This document shows positions 49,233 through 58,689 of a stretch of 64,000 bases of DNA, piece after piece. The stretch's first letter is position 1. The number at the start of each line of letters is the position of its first letter. A program made the translations under genes and the position numbers. Source of the stretch: Nitrospirota bacterium (GTDB taxonomy: Bacteria > Nitrospirota > UBA9217); NCBI GenBank assembly GCA_963751455.1, contig CAVVUN010000001.1:512001-576000 (forward strand). Direction: 5' to 3'. Below the pieces are notes generated by a model, which made no database searches, was not told the DNA's origin, and saw only the letters and a program-made list of their open reading frames with translations.

Positions 49233-50054
49233 TTACAGCAGGATACTCTTCGCATCTGTATGCTTCAGCATGATCTTCTCGATCATCCTGACAATTCCAG
49301 TGCCAAGCGTGAAGATGAAATCTATATGGAGGTGGGATTCGGCAGTGTCGTCGAAGAACAGATGGAGTTTGGATTCCATGCCGTCTTCCGGCTTCCAGTA
49401 GCATATTAGGATCGGTACTTTCGGAAAGGGATAGAGGACTACCGATATGTCGGAATTGAAATTATTTTGGGATGAGTTTCCGCTGAACATGGTGACCAGA
49501 TCTCCGAAAAGTTCTGAATGGCTGTCCGCAATCTGCTTCAGCGGCGTTTCGCATCTCCGTTCGAAAAGCCGGCTCCAGTTCTGGCCGTTCTTCAGATCAC
49601 GAAACGGGACCCATCTACCGCTTACGTCCGTCCCCTTGCTGCTAAGAATATAGTCCAGCAGCGGTATTGAGAACCATGCATGGGTGTGGCAGTGAGATTT
49701 GACAGCGGCTTTTGGGTCGACTTCAAACTCTTTGCCAAGGCACTTGATCACTATTGCATCATTCTTGATCCCGGCCCCTATTCGTTCTGCCCGCGACAAC
49801 AGATCAATGGCCGATATTTTTTTTGCCAGATCTTTCAAGGTTTCTTCCTGGATGCTTTCCAGGTTTACCTGCTTGTCGATCTTGCCTTCAAATCCGGCCA
49901 CAAGGCTGCTGTCCAAATGCGGGCAATCCTTGAGTTGTTTTTCCTGTTTTATGACAGCCGCAGAAAAGCCGAGGCAGGTTGCAATGCCGCATTGTCCGCA
50001 GTTGGACTTCGGCAAGAGCTTATAGACATCAAGAGGGGTATTCAGAGTAGTCAT
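49233..50054 (-). CDS. Fe-S binding domain + DUF3786-like protein
   Basis: LLPKSNCGQCG..TC..F...CP N-terminal motif. Confidence 0.72.
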   Translation of the reverse strand: MTTLNTPLDVYKLLPKSNCGQCGIATCLGFSAAVIKQEKQLKDCPHLDSSLVAGFEGKIDKQVNLESIQEETLKDLAKKISAIDLLSRAERIGAGIKNDAIVIKCLGKEFEVDPKAAVKSHCHTHAWFSIPLLDYILSSKGTDVSGRWVPFRDLKNGQNWSRLFERRCETPLKQIADSHSELFGDLVTMFSGNSSQNNFNSDISVVLYPFPKVPILICYWKPEDGMESKLHLFFDDTAESHLHIDFIFTLGTGIVRMIEKIMLKHTDAKSILL

Positions 50055-50073
50055 GTTTAAAATAGGAAACTTT

Positions 50074-50176
50074 TTGGACGCAGATTAAAGCGGATTTTCG
50101 CGGATAACCAAAAAGGAGATTCTGATTCAGACCAAGATTGTAAAAATCTGCGTTTATCCGATTTTTCCGCGTCCAA
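50074..50176. repeat. Nonamer-triplet inverted repeat element
   Basis: ACGCAGATT AAAGCGGATT TTCGCGGAT ... ATCTGCGTTTATCCGATTTTTCCGCGT. Confidence 0.6.
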
Positions 50177-50194
50177 ATGTTCTTTTCGGTTAAA

Positions 50195-51628
50195 TCAGGC
50201 CTTTGCCTTCGTTTCGAAATCCTTCTTCATCTTCAGAAAAGTCGGAAGGCCGGTTATCAGCCTGCGCGCGCTGTCAGGCGACTTGAACATGAGCGGACCG
50301 AATTTCCTCACCCAGTTTTTCCCGGTATAGAACCGTTTTATGAACAGGTTATACAGCTCTTCGAGACGCTCTTTTGACTTTATGCCTTTGGGCACGAAAA
50401 CGAAGTTGAGGCAGTTCATCAGCTCCCAGTTTTCATTGAAGCTGCCTTCATCATGTATCGTCTGGTAGATCGGCGAACCCGGGAAGGGCGTGAACTTGGT
50501 CATGTTCATGTCGTCCAGTTCGAGCCCTGTTATGAAGTCGGTTGTTACTTTGATCGTCTCTTCGGTCTCGCCCGGCAGCCCCATGATGAACAGACCCTTT
50601 GCACGGATCCCGGCTTTCTGGATTCTCTGCACTGTTGTCTTCATCTCATTGAAGTCGACTTTGGTCTTGTGCCTGGCCAGTATCTCGGGCGCGCCTGATT
50701 CGATGCCGAGGCTCACCATCCAGCAGCCGGACGACTTCAGCATCCTGAGGAGTTCATCGTCCGCATGGCCCACGCGGACCGCGCAGTTGAACGTCATCCC
50801 GAGCGGCTTCTCGCGGAGCAGCCCGCAGAATTTTTCTATACGCTCTCGGTTGAACGTGAAAAGATCGTCGTAAAAAAACACGTGCCTGATGCCGAAATTC
50901 TTCTTCAGGAACGCCATATGCCCGTAGAGATAGTCCGGAGAATTATAGCGGAAGCTTCTGCGGTACACGGAACGGTCGCAGTACGAGCACTGGTAGGGGC
51001 ATCCCCTGCTCGATATGATCGTTGCCGAAGGAGCTTTCGGATAGTTGAACAGGGCCGCCTCGTATTGCTTCGGAAATCCATCGAGTTTATGATACGCAGG
51101 GAAAGGAAGGCTGTCCAATTCGCACATATCTGTGCGGAGACCGTTGTCCTTTATCTCGCTTCCGTCTCGATAAACCAGGCCCTGGATCGTCTCAGGTTTG
51201 GCTCCGGAAGCAAGCTCATGGATCGCCTTCTCCCCCTCGCCGGTAACGATGTAATCGACTGAAGGATATTTTTCGAGTATCCTTCCGCGCAGCGCTGATA
51301 CGTGGACCCCGCCGATCACGATGGTGGTCTTCGGCAAAATATTCTTAATGGCTTCAGCCTGCCAATACGCGTCCATGAAACTGGATGTCACGGCAGTGAA
51401 CCCGACGATGTCCGGTTCGAAGGCCGCGACGCGGGAAAGGACCTCTGCGGTTCCCGCAAGCTTGACCGGCCTGCGGCAGTTGTAAATCTCAACCTCGATC
51501 CCGCGCTGCTCAAGATATGCCGCCATTGACAATATGCCAATAGGCGCCAGACGTACAGCGGTCTCGGTCCTGTCTTCCATGCCTTCGATCCAGTTGGACC
51601 CGAAGGGATTGATAAGCAGTATTTTCAT
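50195..51628 (-). CDS. B12-binding radical SAM protein
   Basis: GGVH, GEGE, SRGCPYQCSYC, GLFIMGLPGET. Confidence 0.9.
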   Translation of the reverse strand: MKILLINPFGSNWIEGMEDRTETAVRLAPIGILSMAAYLEQRGIEVEIYNCRRPVKLAGTAEVLSRVAAFEPDIVGFTAVTSSFMDAYWQAEAIKNILPKTTIVIGGVHVSALRGRILEKYPSVDYIVTGEGEKAIHELASGAKPETIQGLVYRDGSEIKDNGLRTDMCELDSLPFPAYHKLDGFPKQYEAALFNYPKAPSATIISSRGCPYQCSYCDRSVYRRSFRYNSPDYLYGHMAFLKKNFGIRHVFFYDDLFTFNRERIEKFCGLLREKPLGMTFNCAVRVGHADDELLRMLKSSGCWMVSLGIESGAPEILARHKTKVDFNEMKTTVQRIQKAGIRAKGLFIMGLPGETEETIKVTTDFITGLELDDMNMTKFTPFPGSPIYQTIHDEGSFNENWELMNCLNFVFVPKGIKSKERLEELYNLFIKRFYTGKNWVRKFGPLMFKSPDSARRLITGLPTFLKMKKDFETKAKA

Positions 51629-51903
51629 GGTAATCCTTTCCCGCCCTGCCTGACACATTGCGCAATGTTTTCCGGATGCCGAAAACCATTCGATTGAAGA
51701 GAACCCGGAGTCGTCGCTTTCTGGATATCGGCAAGCACAAAATGCCCGATCGAAAGCTTTTCGAGGAGAAGCGAATGCTTCCTGTTGACGGCAATGCGGA
51801 CTTCATGACCGCGGTCAAGAAGCGCCTTGCGAATGACAAGGCACTTTGCAATATGGGAAAGCGAATTATTGCCGGGAACGAGAAGATATTTCCGAGCTCG
51901 CAT
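51625..51903 (-). pseudogene. N-terminal fragment of a GT-B glycosyltransferase
   Basis: LSH...L.I..AL..RGHEV.IA motif, only 92 aa. Confidence 0.5.
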
Positions 51904-51972
51904 GAAAGAAAGGCTCTTTCCTTGAATATCCTAGAAGAATATCTTTACTGCCGGGTACTTTACAAACAGGGG

Positions 51973-52393
51973 TCTTTAATTTTGAGTCAATGTTTGAGAA
52001 ACAAAAAAGTACCAAATGAGTCAATAATATTATCCGCGGATTGCGCAGATTTCGTCGATTAAAACCAACGCCTGATTTAATTTGTTCTATTTAAAAATCT
52101 GCGGATATCTGCGAAATCTGCGGATAAAGCTTTTAAAAATTCCAGTTTTGCTTCATCGGTCTCAGACGTTTTCCCCGTTAAAAACCTTTACTTCGCATTA
52201 TCTTTAAATTTGAGTCAAGTTTTTGAGAAGCTAAAAAGCGTTTACCGCGAAGGCGCGAGGAGCGCGAAGGAAACCATACGACAAAATCTTATTTCTGGTT
52301 TAAACCCGTTTCAATTCCTGCTTTCCTCGCGTCCTTCGCGCCTTCGCGGTTCCAAGGTATTTTTTTCATCGGTCTGAGGCCTTGCCTCGTTAA
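51973..52393. repeat. Two tandem composite repeats with shared ends and different nonamer inverted-repeat cores
   Basis: TCTTTAA.TTTGAGTCAA..TTTGAGAA at 51973 and 52201; TTCATCGGTCT.AG.C...CGTTAA right ends. Confidence 0.65.
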
Positions 52394-52397
52394 GCTT

Positions 52398-53444
52398 TTA
52401 ATTCCCGATCTTTTTTAGATAAATAGTTTTCTTCTCACCCGTGCAGTCGCAATCAATGCACCGTATCAGCCCTATACGGGAACTTCCCGTGGTTGAGAGC
52501 AGATGAAGTCCTCTCGGATTTTCCTGGATCGGGGAAGCATAGAGATGCTGGTTTCGGAGCATAAGAGCGCCCGCAGCCATGTTGAAAGCGCTGCTGTTCA
52601 GTGTGGTCCCGAACAGAGGCGCGTAGCCCGCCGTGGGGACGCCTGAATCGAGAGAACCGAGGTAAGCCGATTCATCAGTCATCATGCCGTCGGCCGCAAT
52701 GATGTTGAGCTCCGGCCGGGCATTGTCGTCTCCAGGCCGGGTTTCCACCCTGCAGAGCGTCCTCCCGGCCTGCTCGGTTCCCAAAAGGAAAAAGGCGGCG
52801 CCTTCGCCGGGAACATGGCATGTCGGATGAAATGAAAAGGGTGTGATCTTTCCGTCAGGCGCGGGCGATAGCTTCCGTTCCGAAGCATAACCCAGAACAT
52901 CGCCGTACTGGTCGACTGCTCCGACCAGCACGTATTCGCACCGGCCGAGAGCCAGCCATGCTTCCGCGAGCTGCAGCGCTCCGAAGAACGAAAAGCGGAA
53001 TTGCGTCACGGTGAGTGTCGGACCTTTAATGTCGAATGTCGTCGAGATGTACGAAACAGCGGCATTGTGGACCGAGTTCGAAAATAACGTCGGCGATGCA
53101 TTAGCGTCGCCGTAATCCAGGATATCGTCAATAAAGGCGAACGTCGTAACGTGGGCGCCGAACGCGGTCGCGAGAATAATTCCGATATTTTTTTTCGTGA
53201 TGTTCTCGATCCCGCTTTCGCGAAGGGCCTCTGCTGCCGCAAGAACGGACATCTGGCTCAATTTATCGGACCGCCTGATCTTTTTAAGGAGCCCCTTGTC
53301 CGGGCTTGCGTTCACGTCGACCTGGTACGCCAGGCGTTTTCCCGTTGTTTCCGCCGGAGGCTGCCATCCCTCCTTCAGCGCCTGTTCGAGCGCCGAAATC
53401 CCCGCGCCCCGTGTAAATATGATCCCGCTGCCGAGAAGATTCAC
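52398..53444 (-). CDS. Beta-ketoacyl synthase chain-length-factor-like protein (no catalytic Cys)
   Basis: SPTLFSNSVHNA, GEGAAFFLL; lacks the ACS and HGTGT motifs. Confidence 0.75.
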   Translation of the reverse strand: MNLLGSGIIFTRGAGISALEQALKEGWQPPAETTGKRLAYQVDVNASPDKGLLKKIRRSDKLSQMSVLAAAEALRESGIENITKKNIGIILATAFGAHVTTFAFIDDILDYGDANASPTLFSNSVHNAAVSYISTTFDIKGPTLTVTQFRFSFFGALQLAEAWLALGRCEYVLVGAVDQYGDVLGYASERKLSPAPDGKITPFSFHPTCHVPGEGAAFFLLGTEQAGRTLCRVETRPGDDNARPELNIIAADGMMTDESAYLGSLDSGVPTAGYAPLFGTTLNSSAFNMAAGALMLRNQHLYASPIQENPRGLHLLSTTGSSRIGLIRCIDCDCTGEKKTIYLKKIGN

Positions 53445-54619
53445 GCTGCGGCCTCCCTGTCAAAAACGAGAACGGCATTATTCCCGCCGAATGCGAGCGA
53501 CGTCGAAACCGCCCACCGGCCGGAAACCGATGTTCTCTCGCGGACAGGTTCCAGAGGGATGGCCTCGTCCCGCGTTGAAAATCCGGCACTGGCCGGCACC
53601 CAACCGAGCCGAAGTCCGGCAACGGTAAAAGCGGCTTCGAGCCCCCCGGCTGCGCCCAGTGTATGGCCCGTGAAACCCTTGGTAGACAGCATGACAAGAT
53701 CGGGTCCGAAGATATCTTTGAGCACCTTTCCCTCGACCAGGTCGTTATCGCGCGTTCCCGTGCCGTGAGCGTTTACGAACGCGACCTGTCCGGAATCGGC
53801 GCCGGCCTCAGCGAGCGCCGACTTGACCGCAGCCCTCAGCCCGACGCCCTCGGGGCTCGGCGCGGTCAGATGATAGGCGTCGCTCGAGCAGCCGTATGCC
53901 GTGAGCGCAATCTCGGACGATACTCCCCTTTTGCGCGCTGCTTTCCGCGTTTCGAGAATCAGAATACCCGCCCCTTCCCCCAGGTTCAGACCTTTCCGGT
54001 CCCGGTCAAAGGGCGCGCAGAGTCCCGGGTTTACGATCCCGAGCGCATTGAAGCCACAGTACGGAATATGATTCAGTTCATCTGCTCCCCCGGCAATCGC
54101 AATGTCGCAGAGCTCGCTTTTGAGCCATGAGAGCGCAACACCAATCGCATCCGTTCCGGACGAGCACGCATTTACCACGGTAAGCCTCGGTCCGCGGGCG
54201 CCCGTTTTTGCTGCAATATAGTCGGCGAGGTTGCTCGCAAGGAACCTGTTGACAGCCGTCAGCGGAGCGTTTCCTGTTTCCCGGTAAGCGCGGTAGAATG
54301 ACAAATCGTTCAACTGGCTCGCAACGGACGTTCCGATACAGACCCCGACACGAAAGCCGGAGAGGTCCGAAAGCCGTGCATCCTTCAGCGCCTCGTCGAG
54401 AGCCATGAGCGCCAGTGAGACCGTCCTCAGCCCTTCAAGCCGGTACGCTGCCGGGACGTCTTTAACTTCGAACACGGGATTTCGCAGCGTGGTGGGAAAA
54501 AGCGTGACAGGACCTGCGTTCCGGTCAAGACGGCCAAACGAGTCGAGCGTTTCCGCGAGACCAGACCCGGCTGCCGAGACAACGCCTGAGCCGGTTATGA
54601 GTATTGTATTGTCGTTCAT
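53441..54619 (-). CDS. Beta-ketoacyl-ACP synthase (FabF-like)
   Basis: NACSSG, NAHGTGT..ND, GHTLGAAG, AFGGNN. Confidence 0.9.
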   Translation of the reverse strand: MNDNTILITGSGVVSAAGSGLAETLDSFGRLDRNAGPVTLFPTTLRNPVFEVKDVPAAYRLEGLRTVSLALMALDEALKDARLSDLSGFRVGVCIGTSVASQLNDLSFYRAYRETGNAPLTAVNRFLASNLADYIAAKTGARGPRLTVVNACSSGTDAIGVALSWLKSELCDIAIAGGADELNHIPYCGFNALGIVNPGLCAPFDRDRKGLNLGEGAGILILETRKAARKRGVSSEIALTAYGCSSDAYHLTAPSPEGVGLRAAVKSALAEAGADSGQVAFVNAHGTGTRDNDLVEGKVLKDIFGPDLVMLSTKGFTGHTLGAAGGLEAAFTVAGLRLGWVPASAGFSTRDEAIPLEPVRERTSVSGRWAVSTSLAFGGNNAVLVFDREAAA

Positions 54620-54659
54620 CCTTATCCTTCCGGTTGCCAATGCTGCGTTCCCCGAGACC

Positions 54660-54941
54660 TCAGCGCTTCCTGTTGTCGTAAATGTAATTTGAGATCGTAT
54701 CGATCGAGTAAAAGATTTCTTTACCCTGATCCATGTTCTTGATCTCGATGCCGAAATTACGCTGCAGGAGCACGACGATCTCGACGGCGTCCAGGGAATC
54801 GAGTCCGAGGCCCTCGCCGAACAGGACTTCGTTGTCCTTGATGTCGGCCGGATTGACGTCCTGAAGCGAAAGATCCTTCACGATCATGGCCTTCAGATCT
54901 TTCCGAATTTTTGTCAGTTCCTGTTCCTTGGTATCTGCCAT
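54660..54941 (-). CDS. Acyl carrier protein
   Basis: LFGEGLGLDSLDAVE. Confidence 0.92.
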   Translation of the reverse strand: MADTKEQELTKIRKDLKAMIVKDLSLQDVNPADIKDNEVLFGEGLGLDSLDAVEIVVLLQRNFGIEIKNMDQGKEIFYSIDTISNYIYDNRKR

Positions 54942-55108
54942 ATAGTCTCCTTCAATAATTCAAGTTCGAAATTCTAAACTACAAATCCTAAATAATATCG
55001 AATCTCAAAAAACTCAAAATTCGAATTTGATATTTCGATATTGTTTCGAATTTAGAAATTAGTAATTAGTCAGTTACAAATCAAATTCTTCTCAAAATGG
55101 GAAAAATA

Positions 55109-55212
55109 TTTACCGCGAAGGCGCGAAGGTCGCGAAGAAAACCTTGCAAGTCTTGAATTAAAAAACAAAATCTTTTTTTGATGTCCTTCGCGTTCTTCGC
55201 GCCTTAGCGGTT
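55109..55212. repeat. Nonamer-triplet inverted repeat element
   Basis: CCGCGAAGG CGCGAAGGT CGCGAAG ... CTTCGCGTTCTTCGCGCCTTAGCGG; close to 52241-52351. Confidence 0.65.
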
Positions 55213-55255
55213 CCAAGGTTTTAGTTCCGGCTTGTCCGGGTTAGGATTTGATGAT

Positions 55256-56155
55256 TTACTCATTCCCCTTCCACATGTCCCTGAAGACGAACCACTGATA
55301 GGGATATTGCGCTGCGTACTCTTCCAGGATGCGGGCAAACTGCTGAATGCATTCCTGCGCTTCTTCCCGTTTCCTGGTCCGTCCGGCCGAAGGCGGATTT
55401 ATCATGTGCGATACATCGACGATATACTTGCGGGCGCTCACCTTTGCCGAAAGGAGCACCACGACCGGGCATTGCGCCGCAGCCGCTATGCTGAATGCGC
55501 CGTGAGGAAAACGGACCTCTCCGCCGAGAAACGATGCAGGCAGCGAGCTGTACCCGTAGGTACGGTCGCCCATGATCGAAACAAGATCTCCCCGGTTCAG
55601 GGCCTTCAACGCTTCCACTACGCCGCCGAGCGAATCGTCCGTGGAAAGGATCTTCACCCGTTCGTCGCTCCCTATTCCCAGCGTTGCTTTCACGGCTGCG
55701 TTATCCTCAGGCCGCATCATTAGGTAGACCGTCTTGTTGAATCTTCTGAGCGCGGTCATGGCCACTTGCCAGTTTCCCACGTGGGCGGTCAGGAGTATCA
55801 CTCCCTTGTTGCCTTCGGCAAGGTAGGTTCTGAGCGCTTCATACCCCTGTATCTGCATGCCGATCTTATCGCCGCCCGCGATGAGGTAGTAGCGATCTAT
55901 CAGACTTTTCCCCTGACTCGCGAACAGCCGATACACGTCGAATCTCCGGCGCAGGCCGCCGTGTTCCGGGAACCTCCTGCGGACATAAGCCATGCCTGTC
56001 TCGACCGCCCCGCTGTCGAACAATGCATAGTAGAGGGCGACTACATAGAGCAGGCTGTAGGCGCCGCCCAGGCCGAAAATTCCGAGTGCCGTCCGGAAAA
56101 ACCAGAACCCGAGACGATTGCCTCTCTTCCGTTCAGCAGCCGTCTTTTGCGCCAT
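55256..56155 (-). CDS. LpxL-like lysophospholipid acyltransferase
   Basis: LLTAHVGNWQ, MGDR, YPYQWFVFRD. Confidence 0.85.
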   Translation of the reverse strand: MAQKTAAERKRGNRLGFWFFRTALGIFGLGGAYSLLYVVALYYALFDSGAVETGMAYVRRRFPEHGGLRRRFDVYRLFASQGKSLIDRYYLIAGGDKIGMQIQGYEALRTYLAEGNKGVILLTAHVGNWQVAMTALRRFNKTVYLMMRPEDNAAVKATLGIGSDERVKILSTDDSLGGVVEALKALNRGDLVSIMGDRTYGYSSLPASFLGGEVRFPHGAFSIAAAAQCPVVVLLSAKVSARKYIVDVSHMINPPSAGRTRKREEAQECIQQFARILEEYAAQYPYQWFVFRDMWKGNE

Positions 56156-57332
56156 AGGCATACCTGGCTTTTCTGATGAGCAGGGAGCTCGCAAATACAA
56201 TCCCCCCGATCACCACGGCAAGAACCGGTCCGATGATGAGCGAACCCAGAAACCATTCGTACAACCGGGAGGAAAATTGCTCGAACACGGTCCTGAAGGA
56301 AAGATCGGTCAGCCATTGGCCGTGCCGGAGATAATACCCGGTCTCGATGCAGAGGGCCGGGACGAGCGGCGGCATGGCGATATGCTGCACATTGAGTGAA
56401 ACCACTTTGTTCAGGTTGAGCCTGAGCGAAACGTACAGGATTACGACCGTATGCAGAAATAGAAGCGGCAGCACGCCGAGAAACACTCCTATCGCTGCTG
56501 AAGCCGCAAGCCCCTCGGGAGTCGCGTTCTCCTCGAGTAGAAGCTTAAGAACCTTCCCGGGATGTTTAAGCAGGGAAAGGTCGAAAGGTCCCTTCATATC
56601 CACGAGTTGTTTATGGGGAAGCGGAATCAGGCGTCTGACCACGAGCATCGAATGGATGCACGAAAGACGGGCGTTGTCGAGAAACGGCTTGAAGCTCGAA
56701 ACACGCTCCTCGGGTTTCGGATACCGCACGGAGACCGGGACCATCCTGAGATCAAGCCCGGCCCAGGCCGCCTTTGCAAGGACCTCCGCCTCGAAGTCGT
56801 AGCGGGCGCCCCTGAAATTGAGGCGGTTGAGATACTGGACCGGATAGACGCGGAATCCGCTCTGGCAGTCGTCTACCGTAATCCCTGCCTCGACCTTCAG
56901 CCAGAAATTTGCGAATTTACGGCCGAACCTGCTGGACGCAGGAACATTTTCCGTATCGAAGTTCCTGCAGCCTATAATAAGCGCCGGTTTCCTGTCCCGC
57001 ATCTCGTCCGCGAAACGCGTGATATCGCGCGGGTCATGCTGCCCATCCGCGTCGATCGTTATCATATACACGCCGCCCCGCTCTTCTATATAACGGGACG
57101 CGGTCAGAATCGCGCGTCCCTTGCCGCGGTTCTTGTCATGTTTCAGAACGACGACATCGAGACCGGCGAGGAGCGCGGCAACGTCGGCATCTGTGCTGCC
57201 GTCATCAACCACGACGACATGTCCCACCATTGACCGGCATCCGGCCACGACCTCTTTTACGGTTGATCCGTTGTTAAAGACCGGCACCGCAACCCATATG
57301 CGGTCATCCTGCGCCGTACTATTTTGCAACAT
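56133..57332 (-). CDS. GT2 glycosyltransferase fused to a DUF2062-like domain
   Basis: VDDGSTD, DADGQH, DCQSGFR; hydrophobic C-terminal domain. Confidence 0.85.
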   Translation of the reverse strand: MLQNSTAQDDRIWVAVPVFNNGSTVKEVVAGCRSMVGHVVVVDDGSTDADVAALLAGLDVVVLKHDKNRGKGRAILTASRYIEERGGVYMITIDADGQHDPRDITRFADEMRDRKPALIIGCRNFDTENVPASSRFGRKFANFWLKVEAGITVDDCQSGFRVYPVQYLNRLNFRGARYDFEAEVLAKAAWAGLDLRMVPVSVRYPKPEERVSSFKPFLDNARLSCIHSMLVVRRLIPLPHKQLVDMKGPFDLSLLKHPGKVLKLLLEENATPEGLAASAAIGVFLGVLPLLFLHTVVILYVSLRLNLNKVVSLNVQHIAMPPLVPALCIETGYYLRHGQWLTDLSFRTVFEQFSSRLYEWFLGSLIIGPVLAVVIGGIVFASSLLIRKARYAYGAKDGC

Positions 57333-58689
57333 GCCTGACCCTTTCCCGCGGCTTCCTTTGAGGCAGAAGCAGATCCCACATCGGCCCGGTATGTCCCATT
57401 TTGTGAAGTATCTGGAGATTCGCATCCAATGCATCAGGCGGAAACACGCAGTGGCGAACGCCTTCAAACGCTTTCTTCAGCCTCTCCTCGAGCCATTTTC
57501 TGTCCACTGCCGGCGACAGATAATAGACCGGTTCGAGAAGTCCATCGTCCTGCTTGATCAATTTTTCGTTGATTGCCAGCCTGGCCAGGGGCGTACCAGG
57601 CAGTATCCGGATGCCCATGAAGATAAAGACCACGCATTTCTGGAGCCCGAGAATATTTTTTATTCCTTCCTCCACGGTCTCCGGCGTCTCTCCCGGCCCG
57701 CCGAACATGAAAAAATGCGAGGCGGCTACGTCGTGGCGCACAAAAAGTTCGGTGCACTCGCTGATGTCGCTGAAGGTGAAGCTTTTGCCCATTCTTCTGA
57801 GCGTCGTGTCGCACGCGGCGTCCGATCCGACTTCAGCTGCGGCAAATCCCGTTTTCTTCATGCGTTCGATGATAGCATCGTTCAGCCCCCGGGGTTTGAA
57901 AAAAGCCATCCAGGGGATTGTAACGTTCCGCCGCTCCATCTCATCGATCACATCGAGGTACGCCCCTTCGTCGTCGTTAAAGACCGAGTCGACGAAAAAA
58001 ATGTACTTGGTTTTGAACTTGTCTCGAAGCAGCTCGATGTCGTCGACTACAGCCCGGGGCTCCCGCCTTCTGAGCTGCGGCCCTTCGAGAACCGGGTAGG
58101 TGCAGTAGACGCATTTGTAGGAGCACCCGCGCTTTGTCTGGACCGACGCTATATTCCCGCTGTGGAGATAGAACTCGAGGAGTTTCGGATCGTACAGCGC
58201 CGACTGTATCTGGTCGCCCGACAACCGGGATTGGGGCACGATGAGCATCTCCCCGGGATAGATCCCGTTTGCGGCGTTGTTCGCAAATTGAACTGCCTGC
58301 ACTTCTCCCTCGCCGATAATGCCGTAATCAGCGCCCGTCTCTTTCAGGATGAGGTCCGGGATGAGCGAAAAACCGGCCCCGCCGAGAATAATCTTGACCT
58401 TCGATACTGTTCGTATCTTCGTTACGATGTTCTTAACATTTTGAATATAATACTGTTCGTTCATCAGGTTCACGTTGTCGATATTGCGGACGGAAATCCC
58501 GACGAGACCGGGCCCAAACTCGGCTACTGCATGCGCCATTGCATCTACAGACGTTTGCTGCTCGAGAAAATCCACCTGCCGGACTTCGTGGCCGGCCCTG
58601 GTGAGCGCAGCTGCGACCATGCTTACACCGAGCGGGTAAATCGGGTAGGGCGACAGGGTTACATTTGCCGAAATCAGCAATATCTTCAT
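57319..58689 (-). CDS. Lipid-biosynthesis B12-binding radical SAM protein
   Basis: PYPIYPLG, SVRNIDN, KRGCSYKCVYC.YP.LEG, FGGPGET. Confidence 0.88.
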   Translation of the reverse strand: MKILLISANVTLSPYPIYPLGVSMVAAALTRAGHEVRQVDFLEQQTSVDAMAHAVAEFGPGLVGISVRNIDNVNLMNEQYYIQNVKNIVTKIRTVSKVKIILGGAGFSLIPDLILKETGADYGIIGEGEVQAVQFANNAANGIYPGEMLIVPQSRLSGDQIQSALYDPKLLEFYLHSGNIASVQTKRGCSYKCVYCTYPVLEGPQLRRREPRAVVDDIELLRDKFKTKYIFFVDSVFNDDEGAYLDVIDEMERRNVTIPWMAFFKPRGLNDAIIERMKKTGFAAAEVGSDAACDTTLRRMGKSFTFSDISECTELFVRHDVAASHFFMFGGPGETPETVEEGIKNILGLQKCVVFIFMGIRILPGTPLARLAINEKLIKQDDGLLEPVYYLSPAVDRKWLEERLKKAFEGVRHCVFPPDALDANLQILHKMGHTGPMWDLLLPQRKPRERVRHVAK

